Below are positions 38,068-50,446 of a stretch of 64,000 nt of DNA, piece by piece (the first letter of the stretch is position 1; each line of letters starts with the position of its first letter). The notes beneath the pieces are model-generated. The model ran no database searches and was not told the origin of the DNA. It worked only from the letters and a program-made list of their open reading frames with translations. Both the position numbers and the translations under genes were made by a program. This DNA comes from Orbicella franksi. Taxonomy: Eukaryota. The stretch covers positions 6,634,001 to 6,698,000 of the forward strand of contig OZ116698.1 of NCBI GenBank assembly GCA_964199315.1, written 5' to 3'.

Positions 38068-41000
38068 CTGTAAAGAAGGCATAAAAATCTGTTCAATAAT
38101 GCCTCTAGTTCACAAAAGCTGGTATGTATATGTATAGTTTCCCTTAGCCCTTTTGACACCTCCAATTGCATAGTCTCCTTCTATAGATCGTGCTGCTGCT
38201 ATATAATCATTGTATATCGATTAGTTTTGCATCCTGTAAATATTCCACTACAGGATATATTATAGAGCTTTACACTTCTTCTTACACAAGTCTCGACTGG
38301 ACTAATATACTTTCATTAAGGTGATTCTTTTTATGACTCCTTCAAGAGGTATACTGCTTTTTTCAGGTTTTACTCGATATTCTTATTAAGTTAATCACCC
38401 ACTCAATGAATCTGATGAATCACTCGATGAGGAAGGCAGTCAATCCGTCCGTCCTTCAGTCACTCCATCTATTATCCATCCATCCATCCATCCATCCATC
38501 AATCAATCCATTCAGACAGATAAAGAGACAGACAGGCAAACAGATCGACAGATGGCCTGTTCCAGGCTCTCGGTCAGTGGGAACGATCGAAAAAGCGGGC
38601 GGACGACGAGCGGGGTCTGGGTTGTCCTCACTGACTGAGAGCCTGGAACAGGCTTATCGACAGACGGACAGACAGACAGACAGACACAGACAGACACAGA
38701 CAGACGGACTGACGGACAGACAGACAGACAGACGGAAGGACGGACGGACAGACAGACAGACAGACGGAAGGACGGACGGACAGACAGACGGACAGACGGA
38801 CAAACAAAAAATCAGACAGAAACTTTCAATTAACACAATATTCAATGAAGTATATTGGTCGTGGTTATATCATTAGTCATTTCGTTTGGTCAGTCAATTC
38901 AGGGACAAACATTTCCAGTTGAAAACTTTACAAACCTCTCGAATGTCCACACTTCCGATTCCTGCAATATCTCATTTGAACTCTTGCAGCCTCATTACAC
39001 GGCATGCCACCATTCTGAGGTTTGGGTGAGTCGCACTTTCGCCCACGGGACCGCATTCCTAATCCACAAGTCAGGCTGCATTCTGACCAGCGACCCCACT
39101 CACCCCAGTCTCCATCGATCACTTAAAGGAAAACACAGCCCAACTCTTTACATTGAAGCTTCATGAAATGTGTTAGTGTCAACTGTCTACAATAAAGTAA
39201 TCCTATATTCATATTATTTTTCGCATTTCCTTCGTTTACGCACAGTATCCAACAGAAGCGTAAAGAGCTGGTATAACAGGCACCGTATAACATACATATG
39301 AAATATCTGCGAACCTGGACAATTCTGTTTGTTGCATTTCTCCTCTTCTACTCTTTCAGTCTCGTTGCACGGCTCGCCACCATTCTCGGGTTTGGGTGAG
39401 TCACACTTTCGTTCACGTGACCGCATTCCAGGTCCACAAGTCACGCTGCATTCTGACCAGCGACCCCACTTGCCCCAACCTCCATTGACTAACAGGAAAT
39501 AAACAACAGTATCGGTCACTGCATGCAATGGAATCGACAGCAATGGACTCAACAACATACTCAGTTGCTAGCACGGTTACGGGAGAGCCAAAGTCAATTC
39601 TACGCGTAGTTGTGTATAAAATAGTTATAATTAACAAATTTAGCATCAGTACTTTTAGGGAAGTTTTTCATAATAAATCTTTAAATTACATTTATTTCCG
39701 GAAGGTACACAAGAATCGCAGGAGATCGCAGGATTATTGTGCCAGCATATTCATCATATGATAGTAGAGTGGCTTGCCCAGGAACACGACAAATGATCCC
39801 ACTCCTTGTATTTCCCAAGACCAGTTCGCTAACTATAAAACCACCGTGCTTCCCAGTGATATACTTTAAAGGCAAATTAATTTTTTGGCTACTTACCTGG
39901 GGCAGAACATCCATAAAGCTCCAATCTAAGACAAGAAACCTTTTTTAAAGTCTCATTTGGCGTCACGCTTTTAGGAATCATTGGATAAACACGAATCGAA
40001 CGTGCTGGTATTGGGGGCTGTAGATCGTGGTCCTCTAATCTTTGAGGGTTTTGATTGCCCTGAAGTGTCTTTATTAACGAAAAAAGATCATATATTTTTA
40101 AATTGCAAACAGATTTTTAAAAAATTACTGGACAATACAGCTAATAACCATGCTTTCCTCATAGATCAAGCCCTGTGCCGGGTTGTTCAAATCCCGATTA
40201 AGCTAACCCAGGATTAGCGACTTTTCAGTGAAATTTCCTGTCTATAATGTTTGTCCTTCAGTTTTGAGCTTGAGTAATCTCAATATACCGACGTAATACA
40301 TAAAAAGTGAAAAACGTTTTCATTCAAGAAAAATTAATGCTTCGGCTAACTTTTAATCCTGGGTTAGCGTTAACAAGCTATCGAACAAACAGGCTCTGGG
40401 CTGCTACCCTCAAGTCCATCAAGCAGGATTTATATTTGAACTGATGTTTAAAAAAGTGCTATGTTTGCCTCTGTAATATTTATTTCAACTTTCCACCTGT
40501 TATTACGTCGGGCAATAGACTACTGCCGATTTGCCCTCAGCCCCCTTTTCAAAGCAATTCCTCATGCAAAACCTTATGGAAATGACAGTGATTTGCCCGA
40601 TAATATAATGAATGTGCAGAAGAACCAAATTTTCATATGATCGGTTTCACGAGAACACTCGTTTTGATACAAGAAAAAGTCAACTTGAAAATATTCTGCT
40701 GGTCAAAGGCTGCAAACTTAGGCAATAAACATGGTAATGATAACAAAAAAAAAATGCATGGGCAATGATTCTAACCAGCCAAATAAAAATATTACCTCAC
40801 GTAATTGGATAATTCCCTTTTCGTAAATAATGCAAACTACCTACATATTATCTACGGGTGGAAATCCTATCCAGTAAAAACTCATCAGCGTCGGATCACG
40901 TTGCTGCAACCCCATAATTTGATTTTTTTTTTTTGTTAACTCTTGTAGTAATTTTACACTTACCAGAGTTCCATTTGCTTTTCGATAAGTAACCCATTTT

Positions 41001-41268
41001 CCCTCCTTGAGGTACTTGATTTGGTATTTCGTTGCCCACCTCAAATCCTCTAAACTACCCTGTGTCATAATCATTGTTATTGACTTTTTCTTGCCCAACT
41101 GGATTTGTATATAAGGTGAATTATCATTCCGCGCCGAACACCATGCTCCCTGCCCGTCCAGTCGTGCCAAGGCAGGGGCATGATTTGAACTGAGGCTGGA
41201 AGATGCTCTGATGTTCGCATCTGGAATGGCTTTGCTTTGCATTCCCAATTCATGATCGCAATCTCCAC
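37886..41268 (-). CDS. Gene B (5'-partial): F5/8 type C (discoidin) + 2x TSP1 + acidic G/S/D/Y tail; likely secreted matrix protein
   Basis: Five exons in consistent phases (1-0, 0-1, 1-1, 1-1, 1-stop): 40964-41268, 39897-40068, 39315-39488, 38936-39121, 37886-38067. Start and signal exons not identified. Confidence 0.8.
38554..38654. mobile_element. Short MITE inserted in a microsatellite
   Basis: gcctgttccaggctctcggtcagtg / cactgactgagagcctggaacaggc; termini related to 33909-34031. Confidence 0.7.
38659..38805 (+). repeat. (GACA)n/(GACG)n microsatellite
   Basis: Direct repeats; a (CATC)n tract lies just upstream near 38475-38500. Confidence 0.85.
38936..39121 (-). CDS. Gene B TSP1 repeat 2
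   Basis: 186 nt, phase 1-1; IDGDWGEWGRWSECSLTCGLGMRSRGRKCDSPKPQNGGMPC..CRNRKCG. Confidence 0.9.
39315..39488 (-). CDS. Gene B TSP1 repeat 1
   Basis: 174 nt, phase 1-1; NGGWGKWGRWSECSVTCGPGMRSRERKCDSPKPENGGEPC..CNKQNCP. Confidence 0.9.
39897..40068 (-). CDS. Gene B F5/8 type C domain, C-terminal exon
   Basis: TLQGNQN..LQPPIPARSIRVYP..CLRLELYGCSAP; an alternative in-frame acceptor would start at 40059; donor G|GTAAG (not in ORF track). Confidence 0.8.
40176..40395. mobile_element. MITE, PIF/Harbinger-like
   Basis: Degenerate TIRs tgccgggttgttcaa / tcgaacaaacaggct plus inner taacccaggatta / taatcctgggtta; CTG duplication on both flanks. Confidence 0.62.
40964..41268 (-). CDS. Gene B F5/8 type C domain, N-terminal exon
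   Basis: GDCDHELGMQSKAIPDANIRASS..ARLDGQGAWCS..PYIQIQLG..TQG..WVTY; acceptor ttgcag, donor |GTAAG. Confidence 0.88.
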
Positions 41269-41469
41269 CTGCAAGAGAGTCAGAAATAAGGGACGATCTG
41301 AAATTAATTACTTACAAAATTTTCAAAATCCGAACTCTGAATTTAGCGTTCCTCGCATAAAACTCGAAGCCATGGACAGCATCTGAGATGGAAGCGAATG
41401 CATTCTGAACAGCAGCGCTTAAAACGGCGTAACATAACTCAGATATAACATATACCTTCCAAATAGACT

Positions 41470-41629
41470 AGTTATGGAACGCTTTCGAGTGGTATACCGT
41501 GGAATATTCCACGAGTCACTTGTATTTTCTCGGTAAACACACAAGCCTTTACGTGAGTGTGCATACCAAGAAAATACAAGTGAAAAGTGAGGTATTCCAT
41601 GGTATACCACGAGAGAGCGTTCCATAACT
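41470..41629. repeat. Long foldback element
   Basis: agttatggaacgct..gtggtatacc..cacttgtattttct / agaaaatacaagtg..ggtataccac..agcgttccataact. Confidence 0.7.
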
Positions 41630-42064
41630 ATTTTATACCATGCATAGAAAATCCAGTCGTCAACACAATCAATGCGACATGCTACACGATGGGAAGGTTG
41701 GGTGTACCGTCGAATATACAACGGTTTTCCTGTGTTGTGAATGGCTGTCCTTTCTATGGCGTGGTATAAATAGGTCTATAGGCAATAATAATAACAATAG
41801 TTTATTGACACTCCCGTAATGGGGATTTTCAGTGACAATACAAGAGAGCTAAACTAATTAAGTTAAAAGAAATGGTTTACAATTCAATTAAAAGGGAAAG
41901 AATGCGATGAAATAGGCAAAACAGTAGCAGGGGCGAAGTCACTAATTTCCGTGAGCAAAAAGCGTTATATAAAGTTAGTGCGACTAGGCCCTTTCTTACG
42001 AAATAAAAGACGGAAATTCGAAAAAAAAAGTTCTAAAACAGTTGATGACATTCTTCGTTCCAGT

Positions 42065-42311
42065 TTAAGGGAGCTCAGTCACGGTTTGCGCATATTGAAA
42101 AGTCTAGCCTCAATTTTTCCAAATTCATTGTTTGTAATCCGTGTTAATCTTCTCCATCCTTAGCCATCCTTGTTCCTTTATGGTTTATTATTACATAACT
42201 CTTTGGTGTTTTTCTATCTTATTAAACTGTTCTTTTCAGGTTTCCTACCATTTAAAGGTAATTTTGTATGTGGCCAAAATAACTCAAAATACCGTGACTG
42301 AGCCCCTTTAA
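42065..42311. mobile_element. TTAA-flanked MITE (Kolobok-like termini)
   Basis: ttaa-gggagctcagtcacgg / ccgtgactgagcccct-ttaa; a second copy at 31060-31299. Confidence 0.72.
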
Positions 42312-45300
42312 ATTTATGTTGCCGCCACATGGGCGGGCTGTTCATGTCTAGACCTTGTTGTCAGTGGTCGACAGGAAAGCTAGTTTTCGGGGTGGCCGTT
42401 ACTTTCATTTTTGTTGTTGTTTTTTTTACGGTACTTTGGCTTGCAAAACTGTAGTTTAGGTGGCAAATTGCAATGGTAATACCAAATTTGCCACAATTTG
42501 TATTTACAGGCATGTCTTTGCAGTTTTCGCTGGCAGTTTTCGCTCGCAGCTGTTCTTTTCCCTCGCAACCGCAATGAACAGGAGTTGCTAGCCAGTTGGC
42601 ATTGACCTTGGTCTACGACTGCAGGAGTCATCTTCAAAAACGCTCGTGTAAGAGATTTGCAATGAATTACATAATTTCTCCTGTGGCGTTGGAACTCTGC
42701 CTTTACGAGTTCGGGGGATTGCCAACAGGGAAACAATATCAGTTACAGACGGTAATAGTAGGAGAAATGACAAATGATTTGTTTCTTCAATAGAAAGCTA
42801 AAACCAAATTCTTCAAGTACAGACTTAATCTCTCGTTTGACCTGCAAAGGTCTGCAGTAACCTAACGTAAATTGAGATAGCATTGCAACAACTGACAAAT
42901 AAAAACTACATGAATTCTGAAGTGTTGGAAACCTGATTGTTTGAGGTAAAAATTCAATTTGTGTCTATTTATCGATTGATATCGATCCCTAGCACGAGTT
43001 AAAAAAGTTGTGACGTTGGCCGGTTTATTTACAGCTTCCTGTTTCGGTATAAAGAGCTGAACTCGGCGGCTGAATCGATCTTTTCCTTTTTCCGGTTTCC
43101 ATGAATGATTCGTCAGAATTTCACGGAGATATTAACTACATTATTTTCAAACTGGAAGAAGAAGAAAAGCCGGGAGGAAGAAGAAGAAAAAAACAGGCTT
43201 TCGTCCAACTCGTGCGTGGCAATGTACATCACTCAGTAACTATAATCATGACTGTATATCAGTAAAAGGTTAGATTGTAGGGTTTATGCAATAACAATCA
43301 ACGCATAAGCCGATTTTCAAAATGAAATAAAGTAAAAGAGATTCAACTGCGCTCCTATGAAAACAAGCATCATTCGCTGGAAAACATTTAAATGCGCAAT
43401 GCTGAAACCATTCACAGTATAAGCTTTCGTGAACATTAAACACTGGAATATAATTCGATCGGAAATCAAACCTCACCTTTAACTTCACGGGAGTTAAAAA
43501 TAATCCAAGTGAAACACGTAATAAATAGGATCCTCATAGCTCTTACTTGAGTGTATTACGACGTGACTTCACAGTCAAGCTTAACGTTGCCTTTTTGTGG
43601 ACACAAGCCGAAAGAAAACGGAGTCGACGAGCTCCTGTTGACGAGGGATCGAAGACAAAGCTGAAACTGTTTTACAGGGTTATTAAATGGGTCACGTTCT
43701 GTATCTTAAAATATGTTACAGGGTATTCATTTCAATCATTTTTTGTCTTAAACCAGGACACGTTTCAGCATGCCCTTTGGATTTGTTTATGATCATCGAA
43801 TAGGTTATGATAGTAATTATTTTGATAATAATTATAATAAATATATAATTTTATAATAAAAATAATACCAAACAAGTTTTATAATTGAGGAGTTTTGAGG
43901 AAAGTTACATAGAAAAGGGAAAATCCCCCTTTTTGACCTAGGTGAAAAACCCGAGATCGGGGGGGGGGGGGAGGTGATGGGGGGAGGAGGGGGAGGGAAA
44001 GAAATTGCTAGTGTTAATTTAAACTAATATTACATAGAGTTATTCAAGCAATAAGGGCCATGATCGTAACGTCTCCAAAATATTCTTGAGAAGTATTTTA
44101 GCGTGTCAAGTTTTGTGAGTTTTTTTATCCAATCCAAAATAGCTGCGCTAAATTTATCTAATCAAAGTTTACGTCAATGTGACGTCATAGCAAACACATG
44201 TCTAGCCATGCAAAAATCAATTTTGGATATTTCGTCTTCCTGTGAAAGCTTTAGCATGGTTGGAGATATCAGTTATTGCGGGAAACCGAAGCCGAGGGAT
44301 ATGTCTGAACTCCCCTCCCCCCCCCCCGCCCCCTAAAAAAAAAAAAAAGAGGAAAAAAATTCAAAGGAAAAATTGAGAGATACGTACTTTCCAAAACAGT
44401 TATGGAAAACAATACTTGTGTCACATTAGATGTTTTATCAAAGTCACAAGCAAGCAAATTCTCAGTTATATTTCAATATGCATTACAAAATATCTGTTCA
44501 TTTTCTCTAACGCTTATCTGGAAGATCCTGAGCCAATTCACTTTAGCTACTTGTAGACTGATAGACCACCGACTTTGTTTATTTAGTTCAATAATGATAA
44601 ATTGCATATTTCAGGGGTTTTAACCTCAGGTGATTGTAATCAAGAGGATTAAGACAACTGAGGTATTTCAGCGTACCTTTCACGTGTTTTTTCTTTTGGC
44701 GATTTGCGGTTAGCTGCATGTAAGGTATGAAATAGTTGTACGGAAATACGCATTTCTTGGTCTAGAGTCAGTACTGGCCCAAGACAGATATAAACAGTCA
44801 ACGATGAAGCACTTTGAAGTTTCCGTGAGGAAACATTTGCTCTTTGCGATGCCACGAGGAATATTTTTCCGTTCATGCACACCTTGCGAGAGGAAACTGG
44901 TAATATCGCTATTTCCGGACTTTCGGCAGGATTGGCAATAAGGAAATATAAATTGCATGCAGTTTTATTTAATTTCTCGATAAAAGTATCTGTAATTGAA
45001 GCTAATTGAGTTTAAAACCAATACGATAGGCAATACATTTTACGACCAGTGAATTCTGGCAAATCATGATTGAGATGTAATTAACAGAATTGAAGATACG
45101 TCGCTTTTCTATCGAGACAACCAGATAGCCTTTGGGCTGATTCATGGTTGGGAACCACCCTTTTCCTTTTATTTGGTAAATCAACATTTTTTGCATTAGC
45201 ACGTTCTTAAAGGTCGCCAATCGTTATCTCAGGGTAGAACTGTAAGAGGGGAGATATCGACCCTGCAAATCAAACCAAAGCCGCATGGAACATAACAAAA

Positions 45301-45387
45301 CTTTATTGTTATAGCACACTACGCGCTTGCGACGTTTTTCCCCTTCAACAACCGTCAGCGCGCGTGTGTAGTGCTTGTACGTATCAG

Positions 45388-45643
45388 GCGCCCGTTTCCC
45401 GAAGGTCTCGAAAAATTTTCGTACCCAGAAAGCCATATAGCAAAATCTCAAAATTTCTCATTACTAACCTGTTTTTTTTTTTTTTGTTTTGTTTTTTTTT
45501 TTACATCTTCTTAACACAACGTATGAACAGAGGTTCCTTTCATCAAGAATTTTCAGGCGTATACACCCTCTGTTTTTAGAAATAGATTACCTAAAAATGG
45601 CTTTGTGGGCCCGAAACGTTTACGGGGCTTTCGAGAATTGGCC
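45388..45643. mobile_element. MITE, PIF/Harbinger-like
   Basis: gcgcccgtttcccgaagg / ctttcgagaattggcc; CAG duplication at 45385-45387 and 45644-45646. Confidence 0.6.
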
Positions 45644-48600
45644 CAGTTCATTATAAGATGACGCCTAAACAGGATCGGGACGGGATCGGAGCAAGACAGG
45701 ATCGACAATTAACGTCGGGACGGTCAAACTATTGGGCATGCAGGGTTTCATGTTAACAGTTGTTTGGTCAGTATCCAGTGGACACAGAGCTGTCTAATCA
45801 ACTAAATGTTCGCAAAATTTTCTTAAAGGGCGCCAATGCTTCTTACCTCTCTTGGTAAGAAAGAAACTTAAAAGAATTAACGCGGTATAGTTGAAACAGC
45901 TGAATGGTATAACCGGAAGACTAGAGAGCTTAAGACGAAATCCGATCATAGGCAATCGAGCAATTTCAGTTTTAAGTGAACAAAAAAGCTTGTACCAGAA
46001 TAATTCTAAGTATATTACAGTCCTTCTTACATTTTCTAAAAGCTAAAGATATTAACAGTAGCCTAAAATAACACCAAATACAATTTCCCATGGAAACTCG
46101 AGAAAATAATTTCAAAGTTCAGAGAAATTGTGCAAAACGCATAAAATTTCATCATCAGTTTGATTTCACCAGTACTTTTAAGTGTTTCATATGAACTTCA
46201 AAATTTGTTTTCGAAATCTGGTGTTGTCAGAAATGATTTCTTTTGAGAAGATATTTAAAACAGTCACGCAGAAGTTTGCAATACAATGTAAATAATCTCG
46301 GTACAAAGATTTTGTCCACTTTGTCCACTTACTCGAACTTCTGGTGGATTCCCTCTCAAAACAATTTGATTCCGGTTATCAGCATGCCAGCCAGTGGTCA
46401 TTTAACCTGAAAAATGGGCGTCCTAAATTTATCAGCAGCTGCTACTTTACAAGGTTGACTTTGATTTAATTCACATCATTCTTTGAACAACAACAACAAA
46501 AAAATGTCACCGCAAAATATTAGCTTAGCCATGTATCCATTGCGGACCTATTTTTGCAAGGGTGCGATATAATAGCCTTATGTTGTCGGGATTAAAGGCT
46601 TGAGCTACTTAAAGAAAAATCTGTCACGCAACGTATATATGAATAATTTGTGCTTTGTGATTAATGAACATCGTGGACATCAATAATAAAGTCTTGTGAA
46701 ATATAATGGACTTGTTTTGCACCGTATCATCCATACTATATTGCTGCGTTTGTTTAGTCATCATGAATCATATGTACTGGGTATGTAGCACAAATGTGTA
46801 TGGAGAAAGGCCTCTTTGCTCTCCAGTGTCATTTAGAAGAATCCATGTGAAATCATTCAGGGCTAGGTGTCTAGATGTCATTTTGTCGGACAGGCAAGTA
46901 CTCTAGGCAGAATTCTGTAGAGGGATTTAAAATTTAACATTATAGCAATTCAGAACGAGGAAAAAAAATTACATTGTCTCCTTCCCCTGCTGATTAAGAA
47001 TCACTCAGCCAGGCATTGTCTTCAAGAATTGGATTATGAGCTTGAAATTTCTACGGCGTGATATTATCTTTAATCTTTAATCTTTAATCATTATTTATAC
47101 ACGGTAAAAACATCAGGTAAAAAAATTACATAATAATGACTAAAAATACAAATCCTAACATTATATTAACTTACATTAATATGTCACTTAAGAAAAATCC
47201 TGGTTTCCATGAATGCCTTGTTTAAAAATTATGGTAGAGAAGGCGTTCAAATTTGTTTAATTTGTTTAATTTATATTTGACCAGACAAAAATAATTATTA
47301 CATAATTCTTGAAATAACGAGTTCCAGCTATTTCTCTACATATAAAATAAGCTTCGGTTTGCAGCATTTGCATTAGTGCCCAAGTAGAAATCTACTATTC
47401 GCGTTAGTTCGGCATCAAAATTCTTTTTTTGTGTGTGAGTCCTATTGCCTGTGGATCAGTAAATAAGTCACCGATACCGGCTTAAATCCCTCCTATCACC
47501 TGGCACATAATCCCTTTAAGAGATTTCCATTGACTTGTCTGCTGATCTGCAATAATTGTAGTATCACTTACATGCATCCACGTCAATGCTGATATTTCAC
47601 GGATTTTTTGTCTTCTTGGTGGGTGTCTTATACGGTCACAGAGCATATCAATTAAAGCGAAGCTACTGAGGAACCCAGCCTTGACGGATAGAGGATCTTT
47701 TGTTCGGTACATGCAGGAAATGTTAGCAGTGTTTAATAATCGCGTTTATTCAGCCTGCATTCGTATCCCTTCAGTCACGCGATGTTATTTTATTGCGGTG
47801 GATCAATTTGATTTAAAAATGTCAGACAATTGTTCTTATAATTAGTACAAACAATATCGATTAAAGAATCTTTTGCCTGGATTGAAATCAAAGGAAATGT
47901 TATACCATTAAGGATTACGGGCGCGTAAAAGCCAAAAACCAAACCAAAACAAAACGAAACAAAAATCAACGACAACAACAAACAAGGAAATAGACAATTA
48001 GTTTTTGAGGTTAGGACAAGGTCTTAGGTCTTAGTTTTTGAGATACGGAAGAAGCTAGTGTAGGCCTTAGTTGTGGTCTTAGAGCGTAGTTTTGAGATTG
48101 GGAGGTGGTCTTAGATCTTAGTATTTTAGTTAGGGAAGGGGTCTTAGGCATTTCAGATTGGAGCTAGAGGGTCTTAGTTTTTAGGTCTCAGATCTCAGGT
48201 CTTTTTTTAGACACCTTGCAGAAGGATCTAGATTGTTTCCAGTCTTTTTCGTCCAGTCTTATTGTTGTCCCTCTGTCAATGTCAAAACTATCAATTGTCA
48301 CCAGTGCAAAGGCATGTATGTGCTTGACAGCCAAAGACATTTTCTTGGTAAAAATAAACATAATTAAGTCAGGGAATGCTTATATAACGGTAAAAGATAA
48401 AATAACCTCCAACAGGGTTTACCAGATGGCAATGAACTTACACACGTATTAGTAGAGAGAGTATCAAGACTATTTGACAACATAAGTTACAATATATTGT
48501 ACAGCAATATTTATTTTGATCATATTTGTATTTGTTTTTGTTTTTGAAACGAGATCAAAACAATTTTTTTTTTTTCCAGATAGAGCGCTGAAAGTAAACA

Positions 48601-49181
48601 TCATGACCCATTTGTGATCGCCACGAATTATCAGTTTCCTATATTTTTTGATTTTTCTGTCGGGATTTGAAGTTCGCCATGTCTGGTAAAGATTTCCATC
48701 ATGTGCACGAGCCATGCCTTGTCATTTCAACAAGTTTGGCTGTGAGCATAATAGCCTCGCAATATACGTGATGAGTCGTTTATCTTACTATTCAGGAAAC
48801 CTCCAAGGTTATCTGAGAGTAAAGGAATGAGATTCTCGTGACGTTTTTGCTCTAGATCTTTGCAAATATAGATTGAAGATAATGAGCGGTCACCTTTGAG
48901 TACTTGTAACAGCTAAGCAGGAATAAGTCGCTCTTTGGTTTTCAATTGTCTGGTTCCCAAAGCTGAACTCTGGAGACCTTGTTTGTTCTGGTCGCTGCAG
49001 ATCAATAGTGAGGCGAAGGCGCACACACACGCCTGAATGATTTTTGTTAATAGTTTTGACATGATAAGGAGTGAATTGCAATCGCATTTGATATTTTAAG
49101 CACCTTAAAGGGCGTCGTAATTATTTACTCGGCGCCATTAGTCAAGCACTTCGCTGGAGTCTGCAGGCAAACAAGTTTAAA

Positions 49182-49440
49182 ATGAGGTCTTCAGCAGTTG
49201 CTTTGTTATCTCTGGCAGTGTTCGCTTTATCCGAAGGCTTAACTACGAAGGCCGAGATGGACTTCGCTTCTGGTTTCCTTCAAATGCTACGCATGGATCA
49301 TGCTCCGAATGTATCTTGCCATCGCCACGACATTCCACGGTACATTATAAATCTATATAAGGGCAAGCTCGCGAAGAAACCATCTGACTTCGAAGACACC
49401 GCTTTAGAAGGAAGCACCACGAGAATCTTGTTCCCTCAAG
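49182..49440 (+). CDS. Gene C exon 1 (signal peptide + prodomain start)
   Basis: MRSSAVALLSLAVFALSEG..LQMLRM..IPRYIINLY..TTRILFPQ; phase-1 donor G|GTAAA at 49441. Confidence 0.88.
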
Positions 49441-50446
49441 GTAAATTCACCGGATGTCTAAGAGTTTTAGAATTACGCCGCTAATTCGATTGTTAATAAA
49501 TCCAAGCAAGGTGCCAACATGTGTCTTCGTGATAAATATGTGCTAAGATGCAACTAATTTGTTTGTTTGCTTTCATGATCGATTCTCAACAGATCTTAAC
49601 GAGGAAGACAACGGCATTTCACTGCAGTTCAACCTGTCTCCGGTTAGCTTCAATGGCAGCAAAATATTACAAAATGCTGAGTTACATATACAAGTGTTGC
49701 CCGAAGCTCGTGGGACTGTTGAGGTCAGCATCATTCGCGCCGAGCAGTCAAGGGAGTCGAGGAATATTTCAGACGGAGATAAAGACATAATATCATCTCG
49801 AGATTGTCAGAAAATGACCAAACACAGATGGATGGTGTTCAATCTCACTCGAGTGTTACAATCAGAGGTGAAGAGGCACAGGGGAAAGTTAAACGTTTTT
49901 ATTTCGACGACCCCTTCGCTCAGAATTGGTTCAAAGGGAAAACGAAAGCCTTTCCTTGTTGTTTCCACTGAGCCAGACAAAATGCTCAGTCTTGCATCAC
50001 GCAATGTTCTTGGGCTAAGGACGCGCCAATACGTGCCAAGTAACGTGACCGAGAACATTAGCGGTGGCGTGACTACACAGGCGCAAAAAGCACGCAACAT
50101 GAAAAGGACAAGACGTTCGGAGCAAGAGGTAAACATCTGCCGAAAACGCCGCCTTGCAGTTCGATTCCGCGATCTTAAATGGAACGGATGGATAATTGCA
50201 CCAACTCGCTTTGGATTTCACTACTGCGACGGTTCATGCCCAGGAACTCTCAGCCAGGACTCTAACCCTACAAATCACGCTATTATGCAGAATATTCTAC
50301 ATCATCGGCTCGGCAAGAAGGTGCCAGCGGCCACCTGTGTTCCAACCGAGCTTCACTCGATGAGTCTACTCTACTACGACGAGGATAACACAATTGTTCT
50401 GAGAGATGTTCCGAATATGGTGGCATCTAATTGTGGCTGTAGATAA
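49182..50446 (+). CDS. Gene C: TGF-beta/BMP-family ligand precursor, 370 aa, 2 exons
   Basis: join(49182-49440, 49593-50446); signal peptide, prodomain, KRTRR furin site, mature domain with W..WIIAP, C-DGS-C, NHAI, CVPTEL, CGCR; subfamily not assignable by eye. Confidence 0.93.
49593..50446 (+). CDS. Gene C exon 2 (prodomain + mature cystine-knot domain)
   Basis: Acceptor caacag at 49591-49592; DLNEEDNGISLQFNLS..WMVFNLT..RTRR/SEQEVNIC..NCGCR-TAA. Confidence 0.93.

Noticed and set aside
38406-38876. 156-aa plus-strand ORF and its antisense ORFs
   Set aside because: Produced by CATC/GACA microsatellites and a MITE.
39681-39870. Possible extra gene B exon between F5/8 and TSP1
   Set aside because: No acceptor/donor pair gives a stop-free phase 1-1 exon with a recognisable domain.
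42380-42736. Cys-rich minus-strand ORF as an upstream gene B exon (phase-1 donor C|GTAAA would give ..KYRGDC.., an RGD)
   Set aside because: No recognisable domain and an ambiguous acceptor and frame; cannot be supported without RNA-seq. The same applies to the candidate exon near 44690-44880.
49111-49146. Smad1/5 BMP-response element upstream of gene C (GGCGTC, GGCGCC)
   Set aside because: Neither GC box is followed by GTCT at the canonical 5-nt spacing; short motifs like these occur by chance.
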